The notes: a model not told the origin generated them from the letters alone. DNA of 32,000 nucleotides from Blattabacterium cuenoti (GCA_014251975.1 CP059204.1:450001-482000), one strand, 5' to 3'. Shown: positions 1-9,590, numbered from the stretch's first letter. Program-made: numbers and translations.

Positions 1-236
1 GCAATAATCAAATAATTTACAATATCTATATATGTATTTTTTATTTTATTGTTTTTAAATGAATCATTTTCTAATTTATTAAAAGTAATATTTTTTATTC
101 TAATAATTTTCATAAAAATTTGATCTATTATAGAATAATTTTTCATATATATCCAAGATAATCCATAATAACTAAATTTTTCTAAAAATAACTTTCTACA
201 TTTTTTTAAAACATATTCAATAAAGCTTACATTCAT
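1..236 (-). CDS. DUF1599-family protein, N-terminal part (gene continues beyond the left edge)
   Basis: My own translation of the minus strand from ATG (CAT at 234-236) gives MNVSFIEYVLKKCRKLFLEKFSYYGLSWIYMKNYSIIDQIFMKIIRIKNITFNKLENDSFKNNKIKNTYIDIVNYLII. There is no stop before position 1. From memory, the pattern CR.LF..K...YG..W......S..DQIF.K..RI resembles the Flavobacterial DUF1599 family. The gene is absent from the ORF track because it is truncated by the window edge. Confidence 0.6.
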   Translation of the reverse strand, partial: MNVSFIEYVLKKCRKLFLEKFSYYGLSWIYMKNYSIIDQIFMKIIRIKNITFNKLENDSFKNNKIKNTYIDIVNYLII

Positions 237-538
237 ATAATTAGAATTTATAAGTAATAACTAATTATTTTAAATAAAAATTTGTATTGTTTGTATATTT
301 TAATTATTATTTAGAATAAAAATTATAATTTATCATTTTATCATTACATTTTATATAAATTACATTATTAACAAAAATATTCATATTTTTTTTTAATTTA
401 GAACTAGAAATTTAACTATACAAAATTAATATTTTTAATATAAAGTATAAAAAAGTATAATTAATCTCATAAATATTATAAATATATTATCATTATTAAA
501 TTTTACTTATTTTTTTTATTTTAATAAAAAATTTTTTC

Positions 539-565
539 TATCACTTAACTTTATATCACTTAACT
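539..565. repeat. Perfect 12-bp direct repeat TATCACTTAACT x2 (539-550 and 554-565, 3-bp spacer)
   Basis: Read directly from the sequence. It lies inside the 571-bp non-coding spacer. Confidence 0.8.
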
Positions 566-746
566 AATACAAAAAATTATCAACTTTTATAAAAATTTTT
601 ACAATAGAATAATAAAATATTGTGAAGTGAAGTTTTTTCATAAAAAATTCTATTCAATTACAAATAAAATTAAATTTTATACAAAATGTACATAGTAGTA
701 TAAATTCTATAGTAAATTTACCTATATTAGAAAGTATATTTTAGAC

Positions 747-774
747 CATTACATAATGGACATTCCATAATGGA
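747..774. repeat. Adjacent 14-bp tandem repeat CATTACATAATGGA / CATTCCATAATGGA, each unit containing a CCAT..ATGG palindrome
   Basis: Read directly: 747-760 and 761-774 differ at one position. It sits 34-60 bp upstream of the murF start and is locally richer in G+C than its flanks. Confidence 0.8.
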
Positions 775-807
775 ACTATATAAAAATAAAATTATAAAAA
801 GATTTAC

Positions 808-2139
808 TTGGTAAGTTTTATGGATATTATTAAAAATGTTTATAGTATATATACTATTTCTAGTGGTATAGAAATAGATAGTAGAAAAGTAAAAAATGGT
901 TCAATTTTTTTTTCTTTAAAAGGAAAAAGATTTAATGGTAATAAATTTGCATCAGAAGCTATTTCAAAAGGTGCTATATTATCTATTATAGACGATAAAA
1001 AATATTTTTTTTCATGTAATAAAAAAATGATATTTGTACATGATTCATTATTATTTTTACAAAAATTAGCAATGTATCATAGATATAAAAATAAAAATAT
1101 CCCTATTATAGTTATAGCTGGAAGTAACGGTAAAACAACAACAAAAGAATTAATAAAAGAAATTTTAAAAAAAAAATATAATAAAGTTCATTTTACTAAA
1201 GAAAATTTTAATAATCATATAGGTATTCCATTAACTATACTTTCTATATCTAGAAATACTCAAATATCTGTTATAGAAATAGGAGCTAATCATAAAAATG
1301 AAATAAAAAATATGTGCAACATAGTTTATCCTAATTATGGTTATATTACAAATTTTGGTAAAGCTCATTTAGAAGGATTTTTAAGTGAACAAGGTGTAAT
1401 TACTAGTAAACTAGAATTATATAATTTTTTAAGAAAAAAAAATGGATTAGTATTTATAAATGGTGATGATCCAATACAAAATATAAACAGTATATATATG
1501 AAAAAATTTATTTTTTCATCATATAAAGATCAAGTATCAGATATAAAATTTAAATATTTTTTTAACTCAATAGGAAAAAATTTGAAAAAATCTTTTTTAC
1601 TATTTAATAATATAAAAATTATTTCTCCTCTTATAGGGGATTATAATTTATATAATATCGCTGCATCTGTAACTATTGGTATTTATTTTAAAGTATCTTT
1701 AATAGATATTAAAAATGCTGTAGAGAAATATATACCAAATAACTATAGATCTCAAATTATAAAAAAAAAAAATAAAAAAATTTTTTTAGATTGTTATAAT
1801 GCAAATCCTACTAGTATGATTAAATCACTAAATTTTTTCGTTAATAATATTAATGGTAAAAAAATAATTATATTAGGAGATATGTTAGAATTAGGGAAGT
1901 ATTCCATTGAAGAACATGAAAAAATAATATTTTTTTTAATGGGGAAAAATATTATATCTTACTTAATAGGAAAAAATTTTTTTTATAGTAAAAATATTAA
2001 CCATTGTATAATAAAAAAATTTTTAATAAAAAAAGATTTTGCTAAATGGATAAAAAAAAATCCTATAAATAATATAGATTATATTTTAATAAAAGGTTCT
2101 AGAAAAATGAAATTAGAAGATATTATCCCATTAATATAA
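808..2139 (+). CDS. murF: UDP-N-acetylmuramoyl-tripeptide--D-alanyl-D-alanine ligase (MurF)
   Basis: 443-aa ORF with the Mur ligase ATP-binding loop GSNGKTTTKE, typical MurF length and domain order. The ORF-track start at 808 is TTG. An in-frame ATG at 820 is an equally plausible start. Confidence 0.85.
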   Translation: MVSFMDIIKNVYSIYTISSGIEIDSRKVKNGSIFFSLKGKRFNGNKFASEAISKGAILSIIDDKKYFFSCNKKMIFVHDSLLFLQKLAMYHRYKNKNIPIIVIAGSNGKTTTKELIKEILKKKYNKVHFTKENFNNHIGIPLTILSISRNTQISVIEIGANHKNEIKNMCNIVYPNYGYITNFGKAHLEGFLSEQGVITSKLELYNFLRKKNGLVFINGDDPIQNINSIYMKKFIFSSYKDQVSDIKFKYFFNSIGKNLKKSFLLFNNIKIISPLIGDYNLYNIAASVTIGIYFKVSLIDIKNAVEKYIPNNYRSQIIKKKNKKIFLDCYNANPTSMIKSLNFFVNNINGKKIIILGDMLELGKYSIEEHEKIIFFLMGKNIISYLIGKNFFYSKNINHCIIKKFLIKKDFAKWIKKNPINNIDYILIKGSRKMKLEDIIPLI

Positions 2140-2141
2140 TA

Positions 2142-2172
2142 TTTGAAATTTTATTACTAAATATTAAATTTG
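2142..2172 (+). promoter_or_regulatory. Candidate Bacteroidota sigma-A type promoter for pdhA-pdhC: TTTG (2142-2145), N19, TAAATTTG (2165-2172)
   Basis: It matches the published Bacteroides/Flavobacterium consensus (-33 TTG, about 19 nt, -7 TAnnTTTG). The -7 element ends 21 nt upstream of the pdhA ATG (2194). This rests on a motif match only, in AT-rich DNA. Confidence 0.4.
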
Positions 2173-2193
2173 TTTTAAACTAAATTCTTTCTT

Positions 2194-3183
2194 ATGAAAG
2201 AAATAACCAAAAAAACTTACTTAAAATGGTATGAGGACATGTCTTTTTGGAGAAAATTTGAAGATAAATGTAGATCTTTATATATAAAAAGAAAAATACG
2301 AGGATTTTTACATCTTTATAATGGACAAGAAGCAATACCAGCAGGATTAACTCATGCTATGGATATGACAAAAGATAATTTAATTACTGCTTATAGATGT
2401 CATATATTTCCAATATCTATGGGTGTAGATCCTAAAAAAGTAATGGCAGAATTATTAGGTAAAAGTACTGGAACATCATGTGGAATGGGGGGATCAATGC
2501 ATATATTTAGTCGTAAAAATAGATTTTATGGTGGACATGGTATAGTAGGAGGGCAAATACCATTGGGTGCTGGAATAGCTTTTTCAGATAAATATTTTAA
2601 TAGAAAATCTGTTACATTAACATTAATGGGTGATGGTGCAATTAGACAAGGATCACTACACGAAACATTTAATATGGTTATGATGTGGAAACTACCTGTA
2701 GTTTTTATATGTGAAAATAATAAATATGCTATGGGAACATCTATTAAAAGAAGTACCAATATAGAAGAAATATATAAAACTGGATTGTCATATGGTATGC
2801 CGTCTTATTCAGTAGATGGGATGGATCCAGAAAAAATAGCTAAAGTAGCTTTTACTGCAATTGATAGGGCAAGAATAGGCAAAGGCGCAACATTTTTAGA
2901 TATTGAGACTTATAGATATAGAGGTCATTCTATGTCTGATACTGAATCATATCGTAGTAAAGAAGAAATAATTTTTTTTAAAAAAAAAGATCCAATTTTA
3001 AAATTAAAAAATTTTATAATAGGTAATAACTTAGAAAGTTTAGACTACTTAAATAATATAGAAAATTTAATAAAAAAAAAAGTAAATTATTGTGTAGATT
3101 TTGCTGAAAAATCTGAATATCCTACTTTAAAAAACATGTACGATAATGTTTATGATGAGACAAATTATCCTTTTTTAAAATAA
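2194..3183 (+). CDS. pdhA: Pyruvate dehydrogenase E1 component, alpha subunit
   Basis: 329 aa. It carries a ThDP-binding region (GDGAIRQG...ICENNKYAMGT) and YRYRGHSMSD, which is characteristic of heterotetrameric E1 alpha. Confidence 0.9.
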   Translation: MKEITKKTYLKWYEDMSFWRKFEDKCRSLYIKRKIRGFLHLYNGQEAIPAGLTHAMDMTKDNLITAYRCHIFPISMGVDPKKVMAELLGKSTGTSCGMGGSMHIFSRKNRFYGGHGIVGGQIPLGAGIAFSDKYFNRKSVTLTLMGDGAIRQGSLHETFNMVMMWKLPVVFICENNKYAMGTSIKRSTNIEEIYKTGLSYGMPSYSVDGMDPEKIAKVAFTAIDRARIGKGATFLDIETYRYRGHSMSDTESYRSKEEIIFFKKKDPILKLKNFIIGNNLESLDYLNNIENLIKKKVNYCVDFAEKSEYPTLKNMYDNVYDETNYPFLK

Positions 3184-3200
3184 AAATACAATAGAATATA

Positions 3201-4337
3201 ATGGCAAAAATAATATCTATGCCCCAATTAAGTGATACTATGGAAGAGGGGACATTAGTTAAATGGAATAAAAAAATAGGAGATAAAATTTTAGAAGGTG
3301 ATATCTTAGCTGAAATAGAAACAGACAAAGCTATACAAGATTTTGAGGTAGATACAAATGGTATTTTGCTTTTTATTGGAGTTAAAGAAGGTGAAAAAAC
3401 TAGAGTAAATGATATAATAGCTATTATAGGAAAAGAAGGAGAGGATATAAATCATTTAATTAAAAAAGAAAATATAGTATCATCATCAAATGATATACAT
3501 AAAAAAGACCGAGAATTAATATCACCTTTAGCTAAAAAAATAGCTAAAAAAATAAATATATCTACCACGAATATAAAAGGTAGTGGAGATTATGGAAGAA
3601 TAATAAAAAGAGATATTGAATTATTAAAAAATAATGATAAAAAAAATAAAGAATACTATAATAAAATACCTCATTCTTACATGAGAAAACAAATTGCTAA
3701 AAACTTATCTTATTCTAAATATTCTGCACCTCATTATTATTTATTTAGTGATATTTATGTTGACAAACTTATAGAATTTAGAAAAAATATTAATAATCAA
3801 CTTTTCTTAGAAAATAGAATCTCTTTTAATGATATTATTATAAAAGCTTCTGCTAATTCTTTAAAAAAGAATCCTAATATAAATGTATCTTGGAATGAAG
3901 AATATACTTATTACAATAAATCAATAAATATTGGTTTTGCAGTAGCTATAAAAGAAGGGTTATTGGTCCCAGTTATTAATAATGCAGATAAAAAATCTAT
4001 ATTACAAATTTCTAAAGAAATTAAAGATAAAATTATTCGTTCAAAACTGAAAAAATTAAAAATAGAAGAAATGAAAAATAGTACTTTTACTGTATCAAAT
4101 CTTGGAATGTTTGGAATAGATTCTTTTACTTCAATTATTAATAGCCCTAATTCATCTATTCTTTCTATAGGATCTATAATTAAAAAGCCTATTGTAATAA
4201 ATTCAGAAATAGTAATAGGGAATGTTATGAGAGTAACACTATCTTGTGATCATAGAGTAATAGATGGGGCTATGGGTAGTAGCTATATAAATTATATAAA
4301 AAAATTATTAGAAAATCCTATAAAAATATTATTATAA
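3201..4337 (+). CDS. pdhC: Dihydrolipoamide acetyltransferase (E2) of the pyruvate dehydrogenase complex
   Basis: 378 aa. It has an N-terminal lipoyl domain with ETDKA, a peripheral-subunit-binding motif (ISPLAKKIAKK...GSGDYGRIIKRDIE), and a catalytic domain ending in CDHRVIDGA. Confidence 0.9.
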   Translation: MAKIISMPQLSDTMEEGTLVKWNKKIGDKILEGDILAEIETDKAIQDFEVDTNGILLFIGVKEGEKTRVNDIIAIIGKEGEDINHLIKKENIVSSSNDIHKKDRELISPLAKKIAKKINISTTNIKGSGDYGRIIKRDIELLKNNDKKNKEYYNKIPHSYMRKQIAKNLSYSKYSAPHYYLFSDIYVDKLIEFRKNINNQLFLENRISFNDIIIKASANSLKKNPNINVSWNEEYTYYNKSINIGFAVAIKEGLLVPVINNADKKSILQISKEIKDKIIRSKLKKLKIEEMKNSTFTVSNLGMFGIDSFTSIINSPNSSILSIGSIIKKPIVINSEIVIGNVMRVTLSCDHRVIDGAMGSSYINYIKKLLENPIKILL

Positions 4338-5024
4338 ATTTATTTTATTTTTTAAAATTAAAAATATAAGTAAAAAAATAGTAAAAAAAGGAAATAAATT
4401 ATTAATTATATCATAATATGGTATTATTACGAAATAATATAAAAAAGAAAAAATTAACTTTACGCCAAGAAGAATTATTATTAAGAAAATATAGTTTTTA
4501 AATTTTTTAAATTTGTTTATAAATTTTACAAAAAAAATTGTTGATATTCTCATAAATAATATACCTAAAAATACTCCTATAATAGTTATTAATAATAAAT
4601 TATTAGATAATGATATTGATGCAAAAATATTATCTATAGAAAAAACTAAATCTATAATTTCCATGCGAACAATAACCTTCCAAAAAGGAATAACTTTTTT
4701 ATTTTTTATAGTTTTTTTGTTTTTGTTTTTTATGTGACTAAGTCCAGTAAAAATTAAATATAGGCCACCTAATAATTTTAATAATTTAATTTTTACTAAA
4801 TAAGTAATAAATAATAAACATATACATCTAAAGAAACAAGCCCCTATAATTCCATATTTAATAGCCCTTTTCTGTTCTTTTTCTTCTAAATTAATAATCA
4901 TAGAAGATAATATCATAGCATTATCTATAGATAAAATTATTTCCATTAATATTAAATTAACAATTATAAAAATGGTATGAATTGGATTGTTAATAAAATA
5001 GTCTATAGATTTATAAAAGTTCAT
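4332..5024 (-). CDS. TerC-family integral membrane protein
   Basis: 230 aa and polytopic. It has duplicated membrane-embedded S-x-DN motifs (ILSIDNAMIL and VFSIDNIFAS) typical of TerC/YkoY-type proteins. Its stop codon overlaps the pdhC stop region by 6 nt (convergent). Confidence 0.7.
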   Translation of the reverse strand: MNFYKSIDYFINNPIHTIFIIVNLILMEIILSIDNAMILSSMIINLEEKEQKRAIKYGIIGACFFRCICLLFITYLVKIKLLKLLGGLYLIFTGLSHIKNKNKKTIKNKKVIPFWKVIVRMEIIDLVFSIDNIFASISLSNNLLLITIIGVFLGILFMRISTIFFVKFINKFKKFKNYIFLIIILLGVKLIFSFLYYFVIIPYYDIINNLFPFFTIFLLIFLILKNKINL

Positions 5025-5178
5025 TATTCTAATTTTTTTAACAAATTACAAATTGAAAAAATTGAAAAATATATTTAATGTAGTACTAAAATTTAAATTA
5101 GTAATATTTTTTAATTTATATTAAATATGTTAATAGTGAACATTATATAATATAAAAAAAATATAATTATAAAGAAAA

Positions 5179-5352
5179 ATGAAACAATTATTATTTATTA
5201 GCATTGAGGAAAGTTTTTTAATTATTTTTATTGCTATTTTAATTTTTGGACCAAAAAAAATACCAGGAATAGCTAGAGGGTTAGGTGAAGGTGTAAGATT
5301 TTTAAAAAAAGCTAAAGAAAAAATAAAAAAAGAAATAATTAATAATGAATGA
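5179..5352 (+). CDS. tatA: Sec-independent (twin-arginine) translocase subunit TatA/E
   Basis: Not in the ORF track (57 codons). My own translation is MKQLLFISIEESFLIIFIAILIFGPKKIPGIARGLGEGVRFLKKAKEKIKKEIINNE followed by TGA. It shows one N-terminal TM helix, then the FG.KK.P....LG.....F signature and an amphipathic Lys-rich helix. Confidence 0.8.
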   Translation: MKQLLFISIEESFLIIFIAILIFGPKKIPGIARGLGEGVRFLKKAKEKIKKEIINNE

Positions 5353-5372
5353 TAAAATAAAATTTAACTAAA

Positions 5373-6641
5373 TTAAAAACATTTTTTTTTATTTATAAAC
5401 ACTTCTTCTATTTTATTTTTAGATACTTTTTTTATATAAATACTAAAATTTTTTTTAATTAAAATTTTATCTCCATTTTTAGGAATATTACCTGTATAAT
5501 TTACTATTAACCCTCCTAAAGTATCGTATTTTTTAGATGTTGGTAAACCTAAATTATACTTATTATTAATAAAATTTATTTCTAAACGTGCAGAAAATAA
5601 AAATTCACTATTATTAATTCTTTTTTCTAATAAAAAAATTTCATCATGTTCATCTTTTATATCTCCAATAAATTCTTCTAAAATATCTTCTATAGTAATT
5701 AAACCAGCTGTACCACCATATTCATCTAATACTATAGCAATACTTCTTTTATTTCTAATTAAAAGATCCATTATTTCTTTGATAGGAGTAGTAACATATA
5801 CTAATTCCACAGATCTAATATCAGAATTAATATTTTTTGGATTTTTAAAAAATTCTAAATAATGAATATATCCAACTATATTATCTATGTTATTTTTATA
5901 CACTATAATTTTAGATAATCCACTATCTGTAAATATAGATTTTATTTTATCCATAGAAAATTCTTTAATTTCGAAAGATATTATTTCTTTTCTGGGGACC
6001 ATACATTCTCTAGCTTTTTTTTCTGAAAAATCTAATGCTCTATGAAATATTTCAATTTTAGATTCTATAAATCCTTTTATTATAAAACTTTTTTTTATAT
6101 TTTCTGATAAAAAATTAATTAAATCATCTTTATCAAAAATTTTTTTTTTATAATAACTTTTATCTCCTAAAATTTTTAAAAATATATTAGAAAGAAATAT
6201 AATTAAATTTGTAATTGGATATAATATAATATATATTACATATACTGGTATAATACATATATTTAATAATTCATTTGAATATATACTAAATATAATTTTA
6301 GGTATAAATTCTCCAACAATTAAAATTATTATTGCAGAAAAAATAGTTTCTGATAAGAATAACCAAATAGAATTATTAAAAAATTTTTCTGGTATAATAT
6401 AAAAATATATCTTCGCCATATAAATACCATATATTACTAAAGATATAGTATTACCTATTAACATTGTTGTTATAAATTTTCTAGAATTTTTTATACTTTT
6501 AGAAAGAATTTTATAACGAAAAGATTTTTTATTTTTTTCTAACTCTATTTTAAATAGATTTGATGTAATAAAAGCCATTTCAATACCTGAAAAAAATGCT
6601 GAAAAAAGTATAGTTATTATAACTATACTAAAATTAAACAT
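5373..6641 (-). CDS. CNNM/CorC/HlyC-family membrane protein (DUF21 + CBS pair + CorC_HlyC domain; GldE-like)
   Basis: 422 aa. It has an N-terminal 4-TM DUF21-like region, a central CBS-pair region (CMVPRKEI...), and a C-terminal transporter-associated domain (...TLGGLIVNYTGNIPKNGD...). Confidence 0.75.
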   Translation of the reverse strand: MFNFSIVIITILFSAFFSGIEMAFITSNLFKIELEKNKKSFRYKILSKSIKNSRKFITTMLIGNTISLVIYGIYMAKIYFYIIPEKFFNNSIWLFLSETIFSAIIILIVGEFIPKIIFSIYSNELLNICIIPVYVIYIILYPITNLIIFLSNIFLKILGDKSYYKKKIFDKDDLINFLSENIKKSFIIKGFIESKIEIFHRALDFSEKKARECMVPRKEIISFEIKEFSMDKIKSIFTDSGLSKIIVYKNNIDNIVGYIHYLEFFKNPKNINSDIRSVELVYVTTPIKEIMDLLIRNKRSIAIVLDEYGGTAGLITIEDILEEFIGDIKDEHDEIFLLEKRINNSEFLFSARLEINFINNKYNLGLPTSKKYDTLGGLIVNYTGNIPKNGDKILIKKNFSIYIKKVSKNKIEEVFINKKKCF

Positions 6642-6776
6642 TATAAAAATTATTATATATTAAATTCACTAATATTTTTTTAATTATATATATTTTTTTT
6701 AAAAAATTATTTTTAATTTATAAATTAATTTTTTATATTTTAACACAAAATACAAAACTTTTTTATATTTATTTTA

Positions 6777-6849
6777 GGTATCTTAGCTCAGTTGGTAGAG
6801 CAAAGGACTGAAAATCCTTGTGTCCCCGGTTCAATTCCGGGAGGTACCA
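6777..6849 (+). tRNA. tRNA-Phe (anticodon GAA)
   Basis: The 73-nt sequence folds by hand into a cloverleaf. Acceptor GGTATCT/AGGTACC (one G-T pair). D arm GCTC-AGTTGGTA-GAGC. Anticodon arm AAGGA-CTGAAAA-TCCTT. Variable loop GTGTC. T arm CCCGG-TTCAATT-CCGGG. Discriminator A. The 3' CCA is not encoded. Confidence 0.95.
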
Positions 6850-6863
6850 TTTTTTATAATTTA

Positions 6864-9575
6864 TCATAAGTTTTTATCAAAAATAAAATGTAATCTACAT
6901 TTACGTATATCTTCTTTAATTAAATTTAATGGATAAGCTAAATCTATCCCGAAATATCCTATAGGCCCCCAAAAAAAACGTACACCAACTCCTACAGATT
7001 TATTCATATAAAATGATGTTAAATCTTTATATGATGAGCCAATATTACCTGCTTCTATAAAAGTATCTATCCAAGATTTGAAATAATTTGATTTTTTATA
7101 TATCATCCTACGTATTTCTAATATTATTTTTTTATATATTGTGCCACCTTTTTCAGATATTTTATATTCATATCCTTTTTCAGGAAAAGAATACCCTCTT
7201 AATGGAATTAAATTATATTTTTCATATTTTTTACTTCCACCCATATAAAACATTTGAAATGGAAAAATTTTTTCATTTAAATCATATGGGTTTATTATAC
7301 CTAATTCTCCACCTATTCTTAAAACAATATTTTTACCTATTTTTTTAAAAAAATCATAATTAATTCTAAACTTAGAATATTTTATCCATTTTATATCATT
7401 ATTATTTGTTATTTTTTTATAAAAATTTAATTTATTACAAATATTATGTATAATAGACGCAGGAGTATATGTATAGTCTAATACTATTTTAGTCCCTTTT
7501 AATGGGTAAATACTATCATTATTTGTGGTATCTCTATTAAATAAAATAGAAGTATTAAAATCATTAATTTTATTATATTTTAATTTATTATTTGGTAATA
7601 TAATAGAATATTCATTATTAAATAATATAGACATTTTAGAATATGGATAATTTTTGAAGTGATTTTTTGTAAATATTAAAGATGTTAAATTTTTCTTTAC
7701 ATCAATTTTACTTTTTATATTATTTTTAACGTAATCTACTGTATAAAAAAAATAATCTCTATCCACTAATTTTTTGGAAGAATAATCATTTTTAATAAAA
7801 ATATCAATAGGCTTATATAATTTATTTATTATGAAATTATCTTTAAAATAAATACCTAAATATTTTAAATATTGCCCTAATTTACTATGTATAGTTAATT
7901 TTTGTCCATCACCTTGAGGGAAAGGACCCCATTTGTTCCAATTAAAAATATTCTTAATTGAAAAATTATTTATATTTAGTTGTAAACTACCTATAATATT
8001 TTTACCATCCATTTCACCATTAAGATGAATTTCACTATTATTAGTTTTTTCTTTTATATGCCATTCTAAATCTAATATTTTTTTTTCTTTGTAATTTTTT
8101 AAACAAATATTAAAATATACATCTTGAAAAATACCTAACTTCTTTAAGTTTAGTAAACTTTTTTTAATCTTATCCATTGAAAATACATCTCCTGGAGATA
8201 CAAATATATTTTTCATAATTACATAATCATTAGTAATGTTATTACCATATATTTTAATATTATTAATATTATAATTTGAATTTTCTTTAACAAGAACGTT
8301 TAATTTTATTTTATTATCATTTATAATATTTTCTTTATAATATAATTTCACAAATGGATATCCATTATCTAAATAATATTTTATTATGCTAGTATTTTCT
8401 ACATCTGATATTTTTTTTTTTATATCAAATTTATTGTAAATATCCCCTTTTTTATAACATAATATATTGCTTAAATTAAATAATTCTTTATTTCCAATTA
8501 TATTAATATTATCTAAATAGTATTTATTCCCTTCAATAATTTTTATTTTTATTCCGTAATTACCATTTATATTTTTCCAAACATAATCTAAAAAAACATT
8601 AGTATCTATAAAACCTATAGAATTATATTCATCTTTTATTTTTTCTATACTAGACTTTAATTTATTTTCAATAAATAAATTTATAGGTTCTTGTATTATT
8701 GAAAAAGAAAAAATTTGTGGGGTAAGTTTAAAAAAACTAATCAATTTTCTATCACTAATTTTTTTATTACCATCAAAAATAACTTTTTCTATTTTTATTT
8801 TTTCTCCAATATTTACAAAAAATGATAAAGTATTATTATTATTATTTTTTATTATATTATATTTTACTTCAACTTCGTGATATCCATTATTTTTATAAAA
8901 GTCTTCAATATTACGTATTGCTTGATTAATAATATCTTTAGATACTATCTTTTTATGTTTTATTTCATTCAATATTTTAAACTGATCTATATTAATATTT
9001 TGTTTAAAATTATTTTCTAATACAACATTATCAATAGTTTTATAATTGTCTAAATCTTCTAACTTAAATAATAAATATATTTTATTTTTATAATATTTTT
9101 TTGTATATACTAATACGTTTTTAAATATATTAGCTGATAATAATTTTTTTATTGCATTATTAATATTAATTCCATATGAATCAATAAATTTTCCAGGATA
9201 AATATTAGATATTTTACAAATAAATTCTTTACTATATTTTGTATTACCTGCGATATTAACATCTTTAATAAATAAATATTTTAAACCTTTAAAATATTTA
9301 TTTATTTTTATTTTTTTATTATTAAATAATTTAAATTTTTTTTTATTTATAGTAATATTATTATAAAATTTATCTAATTTTATTTCCGAATTTTTAATAA
9401 AGTTTTTTTTATTTAAAAAAATAAAATTATTTGGTTTAAATATTGTATTTTTTTCATATAAATTATTATTTATTGGTTCTAATGATATATTATTATTTGT
9501 AATATTAGAAGAAGAAAATAAAAAATTTATTGAAATTATTAAAAATGATCCTAAAAAATATGTATTTTGTTTCAT
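6864..9575 (-). CDS. bamA: Outer membrane protein assembly factor BamA (Omp85 family)
   Basis: 903 aa with an N-terminal signal-like segment, a long POTRA-repeat region, and a C-terminal beta-barrel with aromatic-rich alternating strands. It lies directly downstream of uppS, as in many bacteria. Confidence 0.85.
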   Translation of the reverse strand: MKQNTYFLGSFLIISINFLFSSSNITNNNISLEPINNNLYEKNTIFKPNNFIFLNKKNFIKNSEIKLDKFYNNITINKKKFKLFNNKKIKINKYFKGLKYLFIKDVNIAGNTKYSKEFICKISNIYPGKFIDSYGININNAIKKLLSANIFKNVLVYTKKYYKNKIYLLFKLEDLDNYKTIDNVVLENNFKQNINIDQFKILNEIKHKKIVSKDIINQAIRNIEDFYKNNGYHEVEVKYNIIKNNNNNTLSFFVNIGEKIKIEKVIFDGNKKISDRKLISFFKLTPQIFSFSIIQEPINLFIENKLKSSIEKIKDEYNSIGFIDTNVFLDYVWKNINGNYGIKIKIIEGNKYYLDNINIIGNKELFNLSNILCYKKGDIYNKFDIKKKISDVENTSIIKYYLDNGYPFVKLYYKENIINDNKIKLNVLVKENSNYNINNIKIYGNNITNDYVIMKNIFVSPGDVFSMDKIKKSLLNLKKLGIFQDVYFNICLKNYKEKKILDLEWHIKEKTNNSEIHLNGEMDGKNIIGSLQLNINNFSIKNIFNWNKWGPFPQGDGQKLTIHSKLGQYLKYLGIYFKDNFIINKLYKPIDIFIKNDYSSKKLVDRDYFFYTVDYVKNNIKSKIDVKKNLTSLIFTKNHFKNYPYSKMSILFNNEYSIILPNNKLKYNKINDFNTSILFNRDTTNNDSIYPLKGTKIVLDYTYTPASIIHNICNKLNFYKKITNNNDIKWIKYSKFRINYDFFKKIGKNIVLRIGGELGIINPYDLNEKIFPFQMFYMGGSKKYEKYNLIPLRGYSFPEKGYEYKISEKGGTIYKKIILEIRRMIYKKSNYFKSWIDTFIEAGNIGSSYKDLTSFYMNKSVGVGVRFFWGPIGYFGIDLAYPLNLIKEDIRKCRLHFIFDKNL

Positions 9576-9590
9576 TAATTATAAAAATAA

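Noticed and set aside
2526-2759. 77-aa ORF on the minus strand
   Set aside because: It lies entirely antisense to the well-supported pdhA and has no family features, so it is a shadow ORF.
3122-3328. 68-aa ORF on the minus strand
   Set aside because: It is antisense to the pdhA/pdhC junction, so it is a shadow ORF.
2194-4337. Missing E1 beta gene between pdhA and pdhC as a sign of pathway loss
   Set aside because: In Bacteroidota pdhA-pdhC adjacency with pdhB encoded elsewhere is the common arrangement, so absence from this window is uninformative.
4513-4737. 74-aa ORF on the plus strand
   Set aside because: It is antisense to the TerC-family gene. Its low-complexity composition is typical of the reverse strand of a hydrophobic protein gene.
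5025-5178. Possible yybP-ykoY (Mn2+) riboswitch upstream of the TerC-family gene
   Set aside because: TerC/YkoY genes are often preceded by this riboswitch. This 154-bp region is almost pure A/T, has no G-rich conserved core segments, and shows only a trivial AAATTGAAAA x2 repeat.
7088-7348. 86-aa ORF on the plus strand
   Set aside because: It is antisense to bamA, so it is a shadow ORF.
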